Origin: an uncultured Calditrichaceae bacterium
GTDB taxonomy: Bacteria > Calditrichota > Calditrichia > RBG-13-44-9
DNA length: 64,000 nucleotides
Assembly (NCBI GenBank): GCA_964495805.1
Contig: CAZBWV010000088.1
Coordinates: forward strand, 28,886-92,885
Direction: 5' to 3'
Under the pieces are notes generated by a model. It saw only the letters and a program-made list of their open reading frames with translations, ran no database searches and had not been told where the DNA came from. Below, piece after piece: positions 1 to 9,389 of this stretch (position 1 is its first letter; every line of letters begins with the position of its first letter). A program made the position numbers and the translations under genes.

Positions 1-108
1 GTTAAAGCAAGAATAAAAAAAGTGGGGATACGACCGCACGTACCCCCATCTATCTTCTGGCTTACTGGAACCTGGCAGCGAACAGTGACTGCCGCCTACC
101 CACACTGG

Positions 109-480
109 TTAACTGGTGATTTTTTCTTCCGGAGTATTGGCCGACCGGGAAGCCTCTGCCGTTTCCGGTTCTTCCTTCGGCGGTGATTTTTCCTGCTGCG
201 CCCGACGCTCTTTTTCGTATTCATCCACATAATTCAATTTCAGGTCGGTCAGGGTCTGGGTCAACATACGTTCCTCTTCCGCCGTCAAATTCCCCCGTGT
301 TTTTTCCTTGAGCATATCCAGCATATCAATGCTCAGTTTGGCTAAGTCCAGATTTCGCTCAATTTTATCGGTATTCGGATTTTTCAGCTTCCCCAGACTA
401 ATCCAGGCCTGCATCTGATACTGCTGGACCAGGGTAATAAACAGATAGCTGTTTTTCTGCTCATGATTCATCTTATCCAT
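109..480 (-). CDS. hypothetical protein with an acidic/Lys-rich tail, DUF1844-like
   Basis: 123-aa ORF with no catalytic motifs. The LGKLKNP...DLAKLSIDMLDMLKEKTRGNL core resembles small conserved DUF1844-type proteins as I remember them. Confidence 0.35.
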   Translation of the reverse strand: MDKMNHEQKNSYLFITLVQQYQMQAWISLGKLKNPNTDKIERNLDLAKLSIDMLDMLKEKTRGNLTAEEERMLTQTLTDLKLNYVDEYEKERRAQQEKSPPKEEPETAEASRSANTPEEKITS

Positions 481-617
481 ACCGTTGCCTCCTGAAAAAT
501 TACCTTATTTGTATAACCGTCCCATTTGTGAAAAAGTTTCCAATTTGCTCCGGGAAACTTTTTCCGTAATTTTCCGTGAATGGTTGGGTAAACAAAACAA
601 GGTGGACCTGGAATCGA

Positions 618-1667
618 ATGGAAAAGATTTCTTTTGTCGGATTAACTCCGGAACAGATGGCCAGAGAGTTAGAGCCATTGGGTGAACCGGCGTATCGGGC
701 CAGGCAAATTTACAAATGGGTCCATCATCAGAATGTGGATTCGTTTCTGGAGATGACCAATATTCCCAAAACGTTGCGCCAGGAGCTGGAACAGCGGTTT
801 GCTTTAAAAACGCTGAAACTGGCCCGGCGCCAGATAGCCAGCGATGGAACAGAAAAATACCTGTGGCAGCTCCCGGATGGTCGGTATGTGGAAAGCGTGC
901 TCATCCCGGAAGCCCGCCGAAATACCATCTGCATTTCCTCTCAGGTCGGTTGCGCGTTAGGATGTAAGTTCTGTGCTACCGGTGCCATGGGTTTCATCCG
1001 GAACCTAACCACGGGAGAGATTGTAGAGCAGGTACTGCAGGTGCAAAAGCGAACACCGCGTCGCATAACCAATGTGGTTTTTATGGGTATGGGCGAACCG
1101 TTTCTGAACTATTCGCGCTCCGTTCAAGCCAGCCGCATTTTAGCCGACCCGGAGGGGGTGGCCATCGCCACCCGACGAATTACTTTTTCCACCAGCGGTA
1201 TTATTCCTAAAATCTACCAGTTCACCGACGAAGGTCACCCGTACAGCCTGGCAATCAGCCTGCATGCGCCCAACCAGCAGATTCGGGAATCCATTATGCC
1301 AATGGCAAAGAAATTTCCCATGGACGAACTGTTTAAAAGTGTGTACCATTATATGCGTGCCAAAAAACGCAATCGGGTGACTTTCGAATATGTGCTACTG
1401 GCTGGCATCAATGATTCGGTGGAACATGCCCGGGAACTGGTTCGACTGCTCTCTCCCATTCGCTGCAAGCTGAACGTGATTCCCTGCAATGAGAACTATC
1501 TGGGATTTAAACCGCCTACACCGGAGCAGGTTCAGCGATTTGTGGATGTACTGATGGACGCACCGTTCACGGTTACGGTACGGAAAAATCGGGGGGAGGA
1601 AATCACTGCCGCCTGCGGACAACTGGCAGTGGAGGTGAAAGAAGAGGTGAGGTTTATTCGGCTTTAA
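618..1667 (+). CDS. rlmN: 23S rRNA (adenine2503-C2) / tRNA m2A37 methyltransferase RlmN, radical SAM
   Basis: Radical-SAM motif CALGCKFCATG. The N-terminal GEPAYRARQIYKWVHHQ region is conserved in RlmN and the length of about 350 aa fits. I moved the start to the MEKISF Met, which has an AAGGTGGA SD upstream; the ORF track starts at 576. Confidence 0.9.
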   Translation: MEKISFVGLTPEQMARELEPLGEPAYRARQIYKWVHHQNVDSFLEMTNIPKTLRQELEQRFALKTLKLARRQIASDGTEKYLWQLPDGRYVESVLIPEARRNTICISSQVGCALGCKFCATGAMGFIRNLTTGEIVEQVLQVQKRTPRRITNVVFMGMGEPFLNYSRSVQASRILADPEGVAIATRRITFSTSGIIPKIYQFTDEGHPYSLAISLHAPNQQIRESIMPMAKKFPMDELFKSVYHYMRAKKRNRVTFEYVLLAGINDSVEHARELVRLLSPIRCKLNVIPCNENYLGFKPPTPEQVQRFVDVLMDAPFTVTVRKNRGEEITAACGQLAVEVKEEVRFIRL

Positions 1668-1765
1668 AAAAGATGCTCCTTTTTTACCTTTCCGCAAAAA
1701 AATTAACCGGTTCGACCTCTATCTTAGCACCTACCAATCTGTTTCCATTCCGTCTGCACACAATT

Positions 1766-2380
1766 TCAGGAGGAACCGTACCAATTGCGTAATGTTTGCT
1801 GTAATTGCTGAAAAGCCGGATCGGTACAATGGCGAAAACGAACACTCTGGGCAATTTCTTTATAAATAGAAGATGAGCGTGGAATGCCCTTTTCTTTTAA
1901 CAAACTCTCAAATGCCTCTTTGGGACGATCTGGTTTAAATTTGCCTTCCTTCCAGAAACCTTTTTGGATTAAAAAGCTTCGAATAGAAGACACATCCGGC
2001 CATTCAACGTGTTCCGCCAAATGGGGAGAATCCACCCAAGCCCATATTTCCAGTTCCGGATCGAAAACGATCACTTCAACGCGATTCCGCCATCCGTTAC
2101 GCTCTAAATCAGTTCGAATTTTCAGGGAAATTTCATCAGCTGTATCACTTTCGTGCCCACTTCCTTCCCGATCCAGAAAAACCAGGGCGTGGTGATAATC
2201 ACTGATAAATTCCCTTAAAAACTCCACAGACTCATTATACACCCCCGGATCCCGCTTTGGATGTATAAAAATTTTATACTGGATAGCGTGGATATTCAAT
2301 GCCTGATAACGTCCCAACAAACCATCCAGAGTAAACTTAGCATTCTTATCCGCAACTAACACGATCAGATCTTTCGGCAT
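1766..2380 (-). CDS. small partner protein of the AAA_21 ATPase; TOPRIM/DUF4276/RloB-like acidic motifs, candidate effector
   Basis: 204 aa, starting 18 nt downstream of the ATPase stop on the same strand. The N-terminal beta-strand LIVLVADKNAKF sits where OLD-family TOPRIM partners carry ilvEGxtE. Later acidic strands are ALVFLDREGSGHESD and VEVIVFDPELE. There is no HNH or Cys cluster. Confidence 0.5.
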   Translation of the reverse strand: MPKDLIVLVADKNAKFTLDGLLGRYQALNIHAIQYKIFIHPKRDPGVYNESVEFLREFISDYHHALVFLDREGSGHESDTADEISLKIRTDLERNGWRNRVEVIVFDPELEIWAWVDSPHLAEHVEWPDVSSIRSFLIQKGFWKEGKFKPDRPKEAFESLLKEKGIPRSSSIYKEIAQSVRFRHCTDPAFQQLQQTLRNWYGSS

Positions 2381-2398
2381 TCCCTCTTTCCCAATTTT

Positions 2399-3649
2399 TC
2401 ATTGCAAGATGCCCGCTGCATGAAGCGTTGCCAGATCGACCCCTTTTTTCCAGTTCTTCAACCCGGGATGCTCAGGCCCCCAAACCACATCAATTGCCCC
2501 GGATTCCGTTTTAGAAAAGCACAAAATATCTTTCGGCTCAGCCAATCGCAATATCACAGGAGAATGAGTGGCCAGAATGACCTGATTGTGATACACCGAG
2601 GAAAGAGATTGCATGACTGTTTCAATAGCCAGGGGATGCAACCCGTTTTCTGGTTCCTCAATTATGTAAATTCGATCCTGTTCCGGGAGGTAAGCAATGA
2701 TGGTATGGGCTAACAATCGCAAGGTACCATCGGATAACAACCACGAAGGAATATTACTATTTCGATAGCGAACGATTAAATACAGATATCGATCTTCCGG
2801 TCGTTCCTGCACTTGAATTTCCTGAACGTCGGGTAGCGCCGTTTGAATATGTTGAACCCAGCGTTTGAACATTTTCGGATAATTTTTTTGTAAAAACTGA
2901 ATTACTTTGGGCAGATTACTTCCGTCATGCTGAAGTGTAATTGAGGCATCGGGCCGACATGGCCATCTCATAGGAATGCTATTCAATTGAAGAAATTGCA
3001 CACCTTCCATTAACACCGTTTTAACCCACAACGATATAGGAAACCGATTTTCATCTTCCGGAATTCGTGCCAATGAAGCTTTGTGAGGTCCGAAACGATA
3101 GGTAATATTCCAATTTGTTTTTTCAGATCGAAAGTAATCATTTCCCTTAGCGCTTTTAGAAATGATTTTACGCCATCCGGAAGGAGTTCGGCTTCTTTGT
3201 GCCACAATATGTGACGGCGGAACAACTTCGCGGGGAAATAAATTTAACTGCTTTTGCGGAGCCCTATCACGATTCCGTAATTCCGGTTCCTTACGGATTA
3301 GCCAGAGGTTTTCATTCTCAATAATAATCCCTTCTTTTTCACTGGTACTTAAAGCAATTTCGTAGCGAGCAAACCGATAAGTTTTATTGAGTTTTGTCGG
3401 AATCTGGAATTCCACGGCAATTTCAAAATAGTCTCGTTCCTGGTTCCAGACCAGTTGCCGAAAACTACCACATCTTTTTTCAACCGCTGCGACAGGTCCA
3501 TTATTTAGCACATCCTTCAAAAAAAGCAAAATATCCAGCAAAGAGCTTTTTCCGCTGGCATTGGGACCTATCAGGATATTAAACGGTTGCAAATTGACAT
3601 GAATATATTTGAATCCTTTATAAAAAAGAGCTTCAATTCGGTGAATCAT
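2399..3649 (-). CDS. AAA_21/AAA_15 family ABC-like ATPase (OLD / RloA / AbiLi / AriA-type)
   Basis: Walker A GPNASGKSS, signature-like LSDGTLRLL, Walker B IYIIEEPENGLHP and the hallmark ATHSP motif. Length is 416 aa. Confidence 0.75.
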   Translation of the reverse strand: MIHRIEALFYKGFKYIHVNLQPFNILIGPNASGKSSLLDILLFLKDVLNNGPVAAVEKRCGSFRQLVWNQERDYFEIAVEFQIPTKLNKTYRFARYEIALSTSEKEGIIIENENLWLIRKEPELRNRDRAPQKQLNLFPREVVPPSHIVAQRSRTPSGWRKIISKSAKGNDYFRSEKTNWNITYRFGPHKASLARIPEDENRFPISLWVKTVLMEGVQFLQLNSIPMRWPCRPDASITLQHDGSNLPKVIQFLQKNYPKMFKRWVQHIQTALPDVQEIQVQERPEDRYLYLIVRYRNSNIPSWLLSDGTLRLLAHTIIAYLPEQDRIYIIEEPENGLHPLAIETVMQSLSSVYHNQVILATHSPVILRLAEPKDILCFSKTESGAIDVVWGPEHPGLKNWKKGVDLATLHAAGILQ

Positions 3650-3673
3650 AATTTACTCTCTCAAAATGTTCCA

Positions 3674-5014
3674 TCAATGTTCCAGTCCAAACCGTTCCAT
3701 CATGGAATACAACCGGCGGCGGGTGATTCCTAACAATTCCGCTGCCCGGGTTTTGTTGCCGCCAGTACGTTCCAATGCTTGCTGAATTAAAAATTTCTCA
3801 AATTCATCCAGTCGGAAGCCATCGTCCGGGATGCGAAAAGCATACGCCTCTTCCTGTTGTCCGTGCAAAGGCGGCAGGTCTTCCACCCGAATCACCGAAT
3901 CGGCCAGAATGGAGGCGCGCTCAATGACATTCTGCAGCTCCCGCACATTTCCCGGCCAGTCGTATTCCATCAGCCGACGCAATGCCCGGGGTTCAATGCC
4001 CACCACATCGCTCTCCTTCAAAAAATGATTCACCAGCTCAGGAATATCCTCCTTTCGCTCCCGAAGCGGAGGAATAACGATGGGAAACACATTGAGCCGG
4101 TAAAACAGGTCCTGGCGGAAACTGCCTTCCCGAACCATCTCTTCCAGATTGCGATTGGTGGCGGCAATTACCCGGGCATGCACCCGAATTCGTTCGTTGC
4201 CACCCAACCGATACAGTTCTTTGTTCTGAAGCACACGCAACAATTTGGATTGGAGCGCCAGACTCATGTCACCAATCTCGTCCAGAAAAATTGTGCCGTA
4301 CCCTGCTGATTCGAACTTCCCGATTTTCCGCTGGGTAGCGCCGGTAAATGCGCCTTTCTCATAGCCGAACAGTTCACTTTCCAGCAAGTTATCCGGGAGT
4401 GCAGCACAGTTGATTGCCACAAATGGGTGGTTCCTTCGTTTGCTTTGTTGATGGATGGTCTCCGCCACCAATTCCTTACCGGTGCCACTTTCCCCCAGAA
4501 TCAGCACCGTGGCATCCTTCTCCGCCGCCTTGCGAATCAGCTGATACACCTTGCGCATCTTCTCGCTGCGCCCAACAATGCGATTGAACAAAATCGGTTG
4601 TTCCGGTGCCGATTTGAGAGACCGATTTTCTTCCAGAATTCGCTTCTGTTCAATGATCCGGCGAATGCGCAGGATGAGCTCGTCCATTTCAAACGGCTTA
4701 ATCAGATAATCAAACGCTCCCTGCTTAAGCGCCTCCACTGCGGTTTTCTGGGTGGCAAAGGCAGTCATGATAATCACTTCCACATCCGGGTAACGGGATT
4801 TGATCTCTTTCAGTAATTCCAGTCCATCCATTCCGCCCATGCGCAGATCCGTTAGCACAATCTCCGCCCGATTTTGCTCCAGCCAGGTTAATGCTTCTTC
4901 GCCGGAGAGCACATAATCGGATTCAAAATTTTCCAGCTCCAGTGCCGCTTTAACCACCCGGCAGAATTTCTCTTCGTTGTCAACTATCAGTATGGGATAC
5001 ACGTCTCTGAACAA
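3674..5014 (-). CDS. sigma-54-dependent response regulator (NtrC/AtoC family): REC + AAA+ + Fis-type HTH
   Basis: Receiver domain with ILIVDNEE and the phospho-acceptor region VLTDLRMGGMDG. Sigma-54 activator motifs GESGTGKE and KGAFTGA. C-terminal HTH (RAAELLGITRRRLYSMM). Confidence 0.9.
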   Translation of the reverse strand: MFRDVYPILIVDNEEKFCRVVKAALELENFESDYVLSGEEALTWLEQNRAEIVLTDLRMGGMDGLELLKEIKSRYPDVEVIIMTAFATQKTAVEALKQGAFDYLIKPFEMDELILRIRRIIEQKRILEENRSLKSAPEQPILFNRIVGRSEKMRKVYQLIRKAAEKDATVLILGESGTGKELVAETIHQQSKRRNHPFVAINCAALPDNLLESELFGYEKGAFTGATQRKIGKFESAGYGTIFLDEIGDMSLALQSKLLRVLQNKELYRLGGNERIRVHARVIAATNRNLEEMVREGSFRQDLFYRLNVFPIVIPPLRERKEDIPELVNHFLKESDVVGIEPRALRRLMEYDWPGNVRELQNVIERASILADSVIRVEDLPPLHGQQEEAYAFRIPDDGFRLDEFEKFLIQQALERTGGNKTRAAELLGITRRRLYSMMERFGLEH

Positions 5015-5143
5015 CCTTTGGTTAAATGTGTCGATTTCCAGAAAATTGGTTTAAAATATCGCCAGACATTTAGAGGTCTTGTTTGAAAGGAAACACCGTT
5101 TAAGCTAATTGGTGACTTGCCAGATGATTAGCCGAAACGCCGC

Positions 5144-6289
5144 TTATTTTAAAATTGCCCGCAGAAGAATCATAAAACCTTTTTCGTTGCTCTTAATCAT
5201 GTCCCGATACCGTTTGGCCTCGTTGAAATTGGGAGAAAGCTCAATGGCTTTTTCAAACTCCGACAGCGCGCGCAGATACAGGCTACGGCTTTTGATTAAG
5301 TGAAACACTCCTAAATCGTTCCAGTAATCGGGATATTTCTGAATATTCCCGCCCTGGGCGTGGAAAAAAGCTTCATATTTCTCAATCGTTTCCGGGGTAA
5401 ACTCCTCTCCTCCAAACAGAAAACGCAGGTAAAATTCGTAAATTTTGTCTTTCTCCGAAGAGAAATCCACCAGCTTCAACTGAAAATTCTCAATTTCCGG
5501 AATAATCACATCGTGGTTATTATCTTTCAGTAATTCCAGCAACTGGTTGAATTCCTTCTGCCAGTGTTTCACCTGGTAACGTTCCAGATCGCGAACCTGT
5601 TTCAAATAAATAATCACCCGCGCCGGTACAGCGACAGCACGAGGATCTTTGACTCCCTCCAGGGCAGATTTGTAAAGGGCTACCCCCATATTGAACTGGC
5701 ATTCGTAATAATTGGGATTGATGTTAATGGCTTCTTTAAACAAAGTGGTGGCGCGGTGGTATTCCCCCAAAAACAGATAAGCTAACCCGGTGTAATTAAT
5801 CAGATCGGGAAATTTTTCTCCTAAAGTCAGTGCTTTTTCAAAAACTTTCAGGGCTTTGTCGTACATGCGAGATTTCAGATAGGAGATACCCAGACCAATG
5901 TAGGCACGGACATATTCCGGGTCCTGTTCAATGGCTTTGGTAAACTGCTTGATCGCTTCCGGATAAAGATTGCGTTTTAGAAATAAAGTGCCCAGATGAT
6001 AACGAGAAACCGGATGCTTAAATTTATCCAATTTCTCTTCAATCCGGTACAGAGCTTTCAGTTCCTCGATAACCGAGTTATGAAATTTTCGGGTAATGTC
6101 ATTCAGAAATTCATAGTTGACCTGGCGGGTTTCGCTGCGAAGTTCAATGGAATATTCGTGGGAGACCAAAAACATTCCCTGCTCAAATACTTCGGAAATG
6201 ATTTTCCGGTGTTCGGTAAGGGTTCCCGTGTGGATGTGAAATTCACGGCCGTCAATTTCAAGTTTATCGTGTAACCCAAAATCCTCCAA
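5144..6289 (-). CDS. TPR-repeat protein with a divergent N-terminal domain
   Basis: Several 34-aa TPR-like units, for example YPEAIKQFTKAIEQDPEYVRAYIGLGISYLKSRMYDKALKVFEKAL. It lies between the cytochrome gene and the NtrC-type regulator on the same strand. Confidence 0.5.
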   Translation of the reverse strand: MEDFGLHDKLEIDGREFHIHTGTLTEHRKIISEVFEQGMFLVSHEYSIELRSETRQVNYEFLNDITRKFHNSVIEELKALYRIEEKLDKFKHPVSRYHLGTLFLKRNLYPEAIKQFTKAIEQDPEYVRAYIGLGISYLKSRMYDKALKVFEKALTLGEKFPDLINYTGLAYLFLGEYHRATTLFKEAININPNYYECQFNMGVALYKSALEGVKDPRAVAVPARVIIYLKQVRDLERYQVKHWQKEFNQLLELLKDNNHDVIIPEIENFQLKLVDFSSEKDKIYEFYLRFLFGGEEFTPETIEKYEAFFHAQGGNIQKYPDYWNDLGVFHLIKSRSLYLRALSEFEKAIELSPNFNEAKRYRDMIKSNEKGFMILLRAILK

Positions 6290-6370
6290 AGGAGCCTCCT
6301 GAATGCATGGCCAGATATGAAAAAAGGGCTTATTAAGATAAGCCCTTTTTTCACCGAAATCAAAATTATT

Positions 6371-6922
6371 TTAATGTTGGGGAACCGGATGGGCGATTTT
6401 GCTCCAGAAAGTTTTGAAATCGAACTTTTTGTACGTGGGCGATTTTTCGTTGTGGCAGGTTTTGCAATGATTCTCATCCGGCATCATCAAACCGTAATCT
6501 TCCGCTTTCAGTTCCCCTTTGTAAATGCCCTTCATTACTTTCATGGATTTATACTCGCTACCAGGACCGTGGCATGCTTCGCAACCCACACCTTCTTCCA
6601 TTTTGAAAGAGCTGGCAAACATGGAAGCATCTTTTCCGTAGCCGGTTACATGGCAAACCAGACATTTGTCACTCTTCTGGGGATCCTCGATTCCCATCTT
6701 TTTGGCAATTGCTTTTGCCTCATCGGTGCCCAGGGTTTCGTAGGCTTTGGCGTGGGGAGAGGCTGCCCAGATTTTAAACTGCTCACCGCTCCGCTTGGAA
6801 TTGTGGCACATCTTGCACTTTTTCACACCAATGTACTGAGGCGTTTTGGCGAATCCAGCCATGTCCAGCGCAAAGAAAATCATGACTGTTAACGCCAGGA
6901 TGATGCTCAGGGATTTCTTCAT
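6371..6922 (-). CDS. tetraheme c-type cytochrome, secreted
   Basis: Signal peptide MKKSLSIILALTVMIFFA. Four CxxCH haem-binding motifs: CKMCH, CLVCH, CEACH and CKTCH. Confidence 0.8.
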   Translation of the reverse strand: MKKSLSIILALTVMIFFALDMAGFAKTPQYIGVKKCKMCHNSKRSGEQFKIWAASPHAKAYETLGTDEAKAIAKKMGIEDPQKSDKCLVCHVTGYGKDASMFASSFKMEEGVGCEACHGPGSEYKSMKVMKGIYKGELKAEDYGLMMPDENHCKTCHNEKSPTYKKFDFKTFWSKIAHPVPQH

Positions 6923-7124
6923 GGTTTAATACCTCCTCTGACTTTGATTAAAATTTCTTTTATTTTAACCTGCCGGACAAAAAAATGCAAGTTAAATCTA
7001 AATTTAGGAACAAATGAAAAAATCTGCAAAGTGCTATATTCACATATGAATTTCCTATTCCATAAAAATAAAAAAATCCATTTCAAATGGTAAACGTCCC
7101 TTTTCTTCAGAAGTTCAATCGTCG

Positions 7125-7454
7125 CTACGATTCCCCCAACTGATGTTTCGCCTGGCTTAAATCGTTCTGGAAGCGGAGATCATGTGCAAACATTTTCCGT
7201 AATGCGTCGTGGAGTTCGGCTGGTACATCGGGATGGATTCGGTAGTACACCCATTTGTCGCGTCGGCTGGAAGTCACCCAACCCGCCAGACGAAGCTGAG
7301 ACAGATGGTGGGAGACATTACTCTGAGGTAACCGAAGAATCTCGCACAACTCATTAACATTCAACGGTCGCAAATGGAGCAAAAGATTCAAAATTCGCTG
7401 CCTGGTCTCATCCGTGAGTCCTTTAAAGAAAGTAACCAGATCAATATTATTCAT
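7125..7454 (-). CDS. ArsR/SmtB-family metalloregulatory transcriptional repressor
   Basis: Winged-HTH signature ETRQRILNLLL...LNVNELCEILRLPQSNVSHHLSQLRLAGWV. Length is 109 aa. Confidence 0.8.
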   Translation of the reverse strand: MNNIDLVTFFKGLTDETRQRILNLLLHLRPLNVNELCEILRLPQSNVSHHLSQLRLAGWVTSSRRDKWVYYRIHPDVPAELHDALRKMFAHDLRFQNDLSQAKHQLGES

Positions 7455-7592
7455 TTGAACAGGAACCCTGCTTTATTTCAAATTTTTCAACAAATTATAT
7501 CCTGGTTTCGCCCGTTGCAAGATATTTTTTGAACCCATCAATTCGGCCTTACCTGCCTCTGCTGTTTTTTTCTGTTTCATTGAATAAAACAA

Positions 7593-7621
7593 TTGACACT
7601 TTCAGGAAAAAGCGATAAATT
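7593..7621 (+). promoter_or_regulatory. sigma-70-like promoter for the YHS lipoprotein gene (TTGACA, 17 nt spacer, TAAATT)
   Basis: TTGACA at 7593-7598, a 17-nt spacer, then TAAATT at 7616-7621, about 28 nt upstream of the GGAGG SD and the ATG at 7649. Confidence 0.4.
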
Positions 7622-7648
7622 TGTTCGGCAAAAAAAATTGGAGGTCCT

Positions 7649-8005
7649 ATGAAGAAGCTCGTCATTGTTTTGCTCGTCTTAACGGTTAGCCTTGGGATGC
7701 TTGTTTCCTGCGGTGGTGAGAAAAAAGCGGAAAAGGCCCAGCAACCCGCTGCTGAGAAAAAGATGAACATCACCACCGATATGCTCACCATTGCCAAAGA
7801 CCCGGTTTGCGGCATGGATCTTACCAACACCACCATCGCGGATACCGCTATTTACGAAGGACATCTCTACGGTTTCTGCAGTGCGGAATGTAAAGCGAAA
7901 TTCAAAGCCGATCCGGAGAAATATCTGGCAAATGTAGAAGGAACGGAAGAGCATGAAATGCACGAAGGTGCCGAGGAAGAAGCCGGGGAAGAACATCATC
8001 ATTAA
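7649..8005 (+). CDS. YHS-domain metal-binding lipoprotein with a His-rich C-terminus
   Basis: Lipobox LVSCGG. YHS/TRASH motif DPVCGMDL...YEGHLYGFCSAECKAKFKADPEKY. Tail HEMHEGAEEEAGEEHHH. Divergent from the ArsR gene. Confidence 0.7.
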   Translation: MKKLVIVLLVLTVSLGMLVSCGGEKKAEKAQQPAAEKKMNITTDMLTIAKDPVCGMDLTNTTIADTAIYEGHLYGFCSAECKAKFKADPEKYLANVEGTEEHEMHEGAEEEAGEEHHH

Positions 8006-8030
8006 TTGTCTCTTCCCGGTCGAAATTAGA

Positions 8031-8067
8031 AACGGGCTATTCCATGGAGGAAATAGCCCGTTTTTTT
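8031..8067. terminator. rho-independent terminator, probably bidirectional (after the YHS gene, before the pspC end)
   Basis: Stem AACGGGCTATT ... AATAGCCCGTT followed by TTTTTTT. Confidence 0.6.
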
Positions 8068-8112
8068 ATCCGACAGATCATCCCGAATCTTTCGGGGAAA
8101 ATGCGATACAGC

Positions 8113-8778
8113 CTATGCTGCTTCATTTTCTTCCGCTTCCGGGAAAACCAGAATCAGTAGCACATATACCAGAATTCCCAGACCAATGGAAGCCAGGGAA
8201 GCCAGCACCCAGAGAAGCCGCACAATGGCCGGATCGATATTGAGATACTCGGCGATACCACCGCAGACACCGGCAATCATCCGATTCTTCCGACTGCGAC
8301 GAATTTTATTGATATCCGGTAGCGCACTGGCTGTCTGTTTCTCCTCTCCTTCCACGTTTTTGGCTTTACTGGAAGAAAAAATCAGTAGCAAACCAATGGC
8401 AATTAAAAAGATTGCCCAGATGGTGGACCAGGGAATAGCCCAGATATTTAAATATCGGAATAATCCCAATTCCCGGAATAATAGTAAAAATCCCAGCACA
8501 ATAAATAACAACGCCCAGAAGAGCGTTTTATCTTCGGTTGTTTTACGCGGTTGCTCCACCTGATCCGGGTTTTCCGGGACGATGATGATGGCAATGACAT
8601 ATAGAATCAGACCGATGCCACCAATGAATGTAAATACCAGAAAGAGCAATCGAAAAATATTAGCATCCATCTGAAAATATTCACCCAATCCACCGCAAAC
8701 ACCGAACAAATAGCGATCGGCTTTCGAACGATACAACTTTTTCGTTACCTGTTTTTCTTCTTGTTTTGTCTCTGTCAT
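8113..8778 (-). CDS. PspC-domain membrane protein with two tandem PspC domains
   Basis: Two copies of the LYRS..R.L.GVCGGL..Y motif: LYRSKADRYLFGVCGGLGEYF and IRRSRKNRMIAGVCGGIAEYL. Each copy is followed by TM helices. Confidence 0.75.
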   Translation of the reverse strand: MTETKQEEKQVTKKLYRSKADRYLFGVCGGLGEYFQMDANIFRLLFLVFTFIGGIGLILYVIAIIIVPENPDQVEQPRKTTEDKTLFWALLFIVLGFLLLFRELGLFRYLNIWAIPWSTIWAIFLIAIGLLLIFSSSKAKNVEGEEKQTASALPDINKIRRSRKNRMIAGVCGGIAEYLNIDPAIVRLLWVLASLASIGLGILVYVLLILVFPEAEENEAA

Positions 8779-8883
8779 GGCGCCCCTCCAGGGTTATTGC
8801 CTCGTTTTATGAAAATCTTATGAACAAATAAACGAAATATCTTCCAGATTGTTGCACCAGTCACATCCCGGATATCCCCGGTA

Positions 8884-9363
8884 TTAAATGGTTAGTTTGA
8901 TATCCAGAATTTTATATTTTAATATTCCGGCGGGAACCTTAATCTCCACCACGTCACCCACTTCCTTTCCCAGCAGAGCTTTCCCCACCGGCGAGGTGGT
9001 GGAAATTTTATTCTGACTAAAATCGGATTCCTCGGGAGCCACCAGCGTATAGGTAAACTGCGTCCCACGATTTAAATCCTCGATGGTCACCTGAGAAAGG
9101 ATGGTGACTTTATTTTCGGCCATGTCTTCTTTTTTCAGAATTTTTGCACGGTGAAGGGTTTGTTCCAGCTGGGTAATCTTTGCCTCCAGAAGGGTCAGAG
9201 CTTCCTTGGCAGCATGGTATTCAGCATTCTCCCGCAAATCGCCAAAATCGCGCGCTTCGGATATTTTTTGCGACAGTTCCGGACGCTTTACCTGCTTCAG
9301 TTCCTCCAATTCCTTCTTTAATTTTTCATAACCTTCCCGCGATAAATAAACGTAGTCTGCCAT
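8884..9363 (-). CDS. greA: transcription elongation factor GreA
   Basis: The N-terminal coiled coil plus the DLRENAEYHAAKE motif is canonical GreA. I trimmed the start to MADYVYL. Confidence 0.9.
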   Translation of the reverse strand: MADYVYLSREGYEKLKKELEELKQVKRPELSQKISEARDFGDLRENAEYHAAKEALTLLEAKITQLEQTLHRAKILKKEDMAENKVTILSQVTIEDLNRGTQFTYTLVAPEESDFSQNKISTTSPVGKALLGKEVGDVVEIKVPAGILKYKILDIKLTI

Positions 9364-9389
9364 ACACATCCTCTCCTTTTTATTTTAAT

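Noticed and set aside
1668-1765. Terminator after rlmN
   Set aside because: A-run and T-run are present but I could not find a convincing GC stem, so it is not called.
8186-8563. 125-aa plus-strand ORF inside pspC
   Set aside because: Antisense to the PspC-domain gene with its two clear PspC repeats. No SD.
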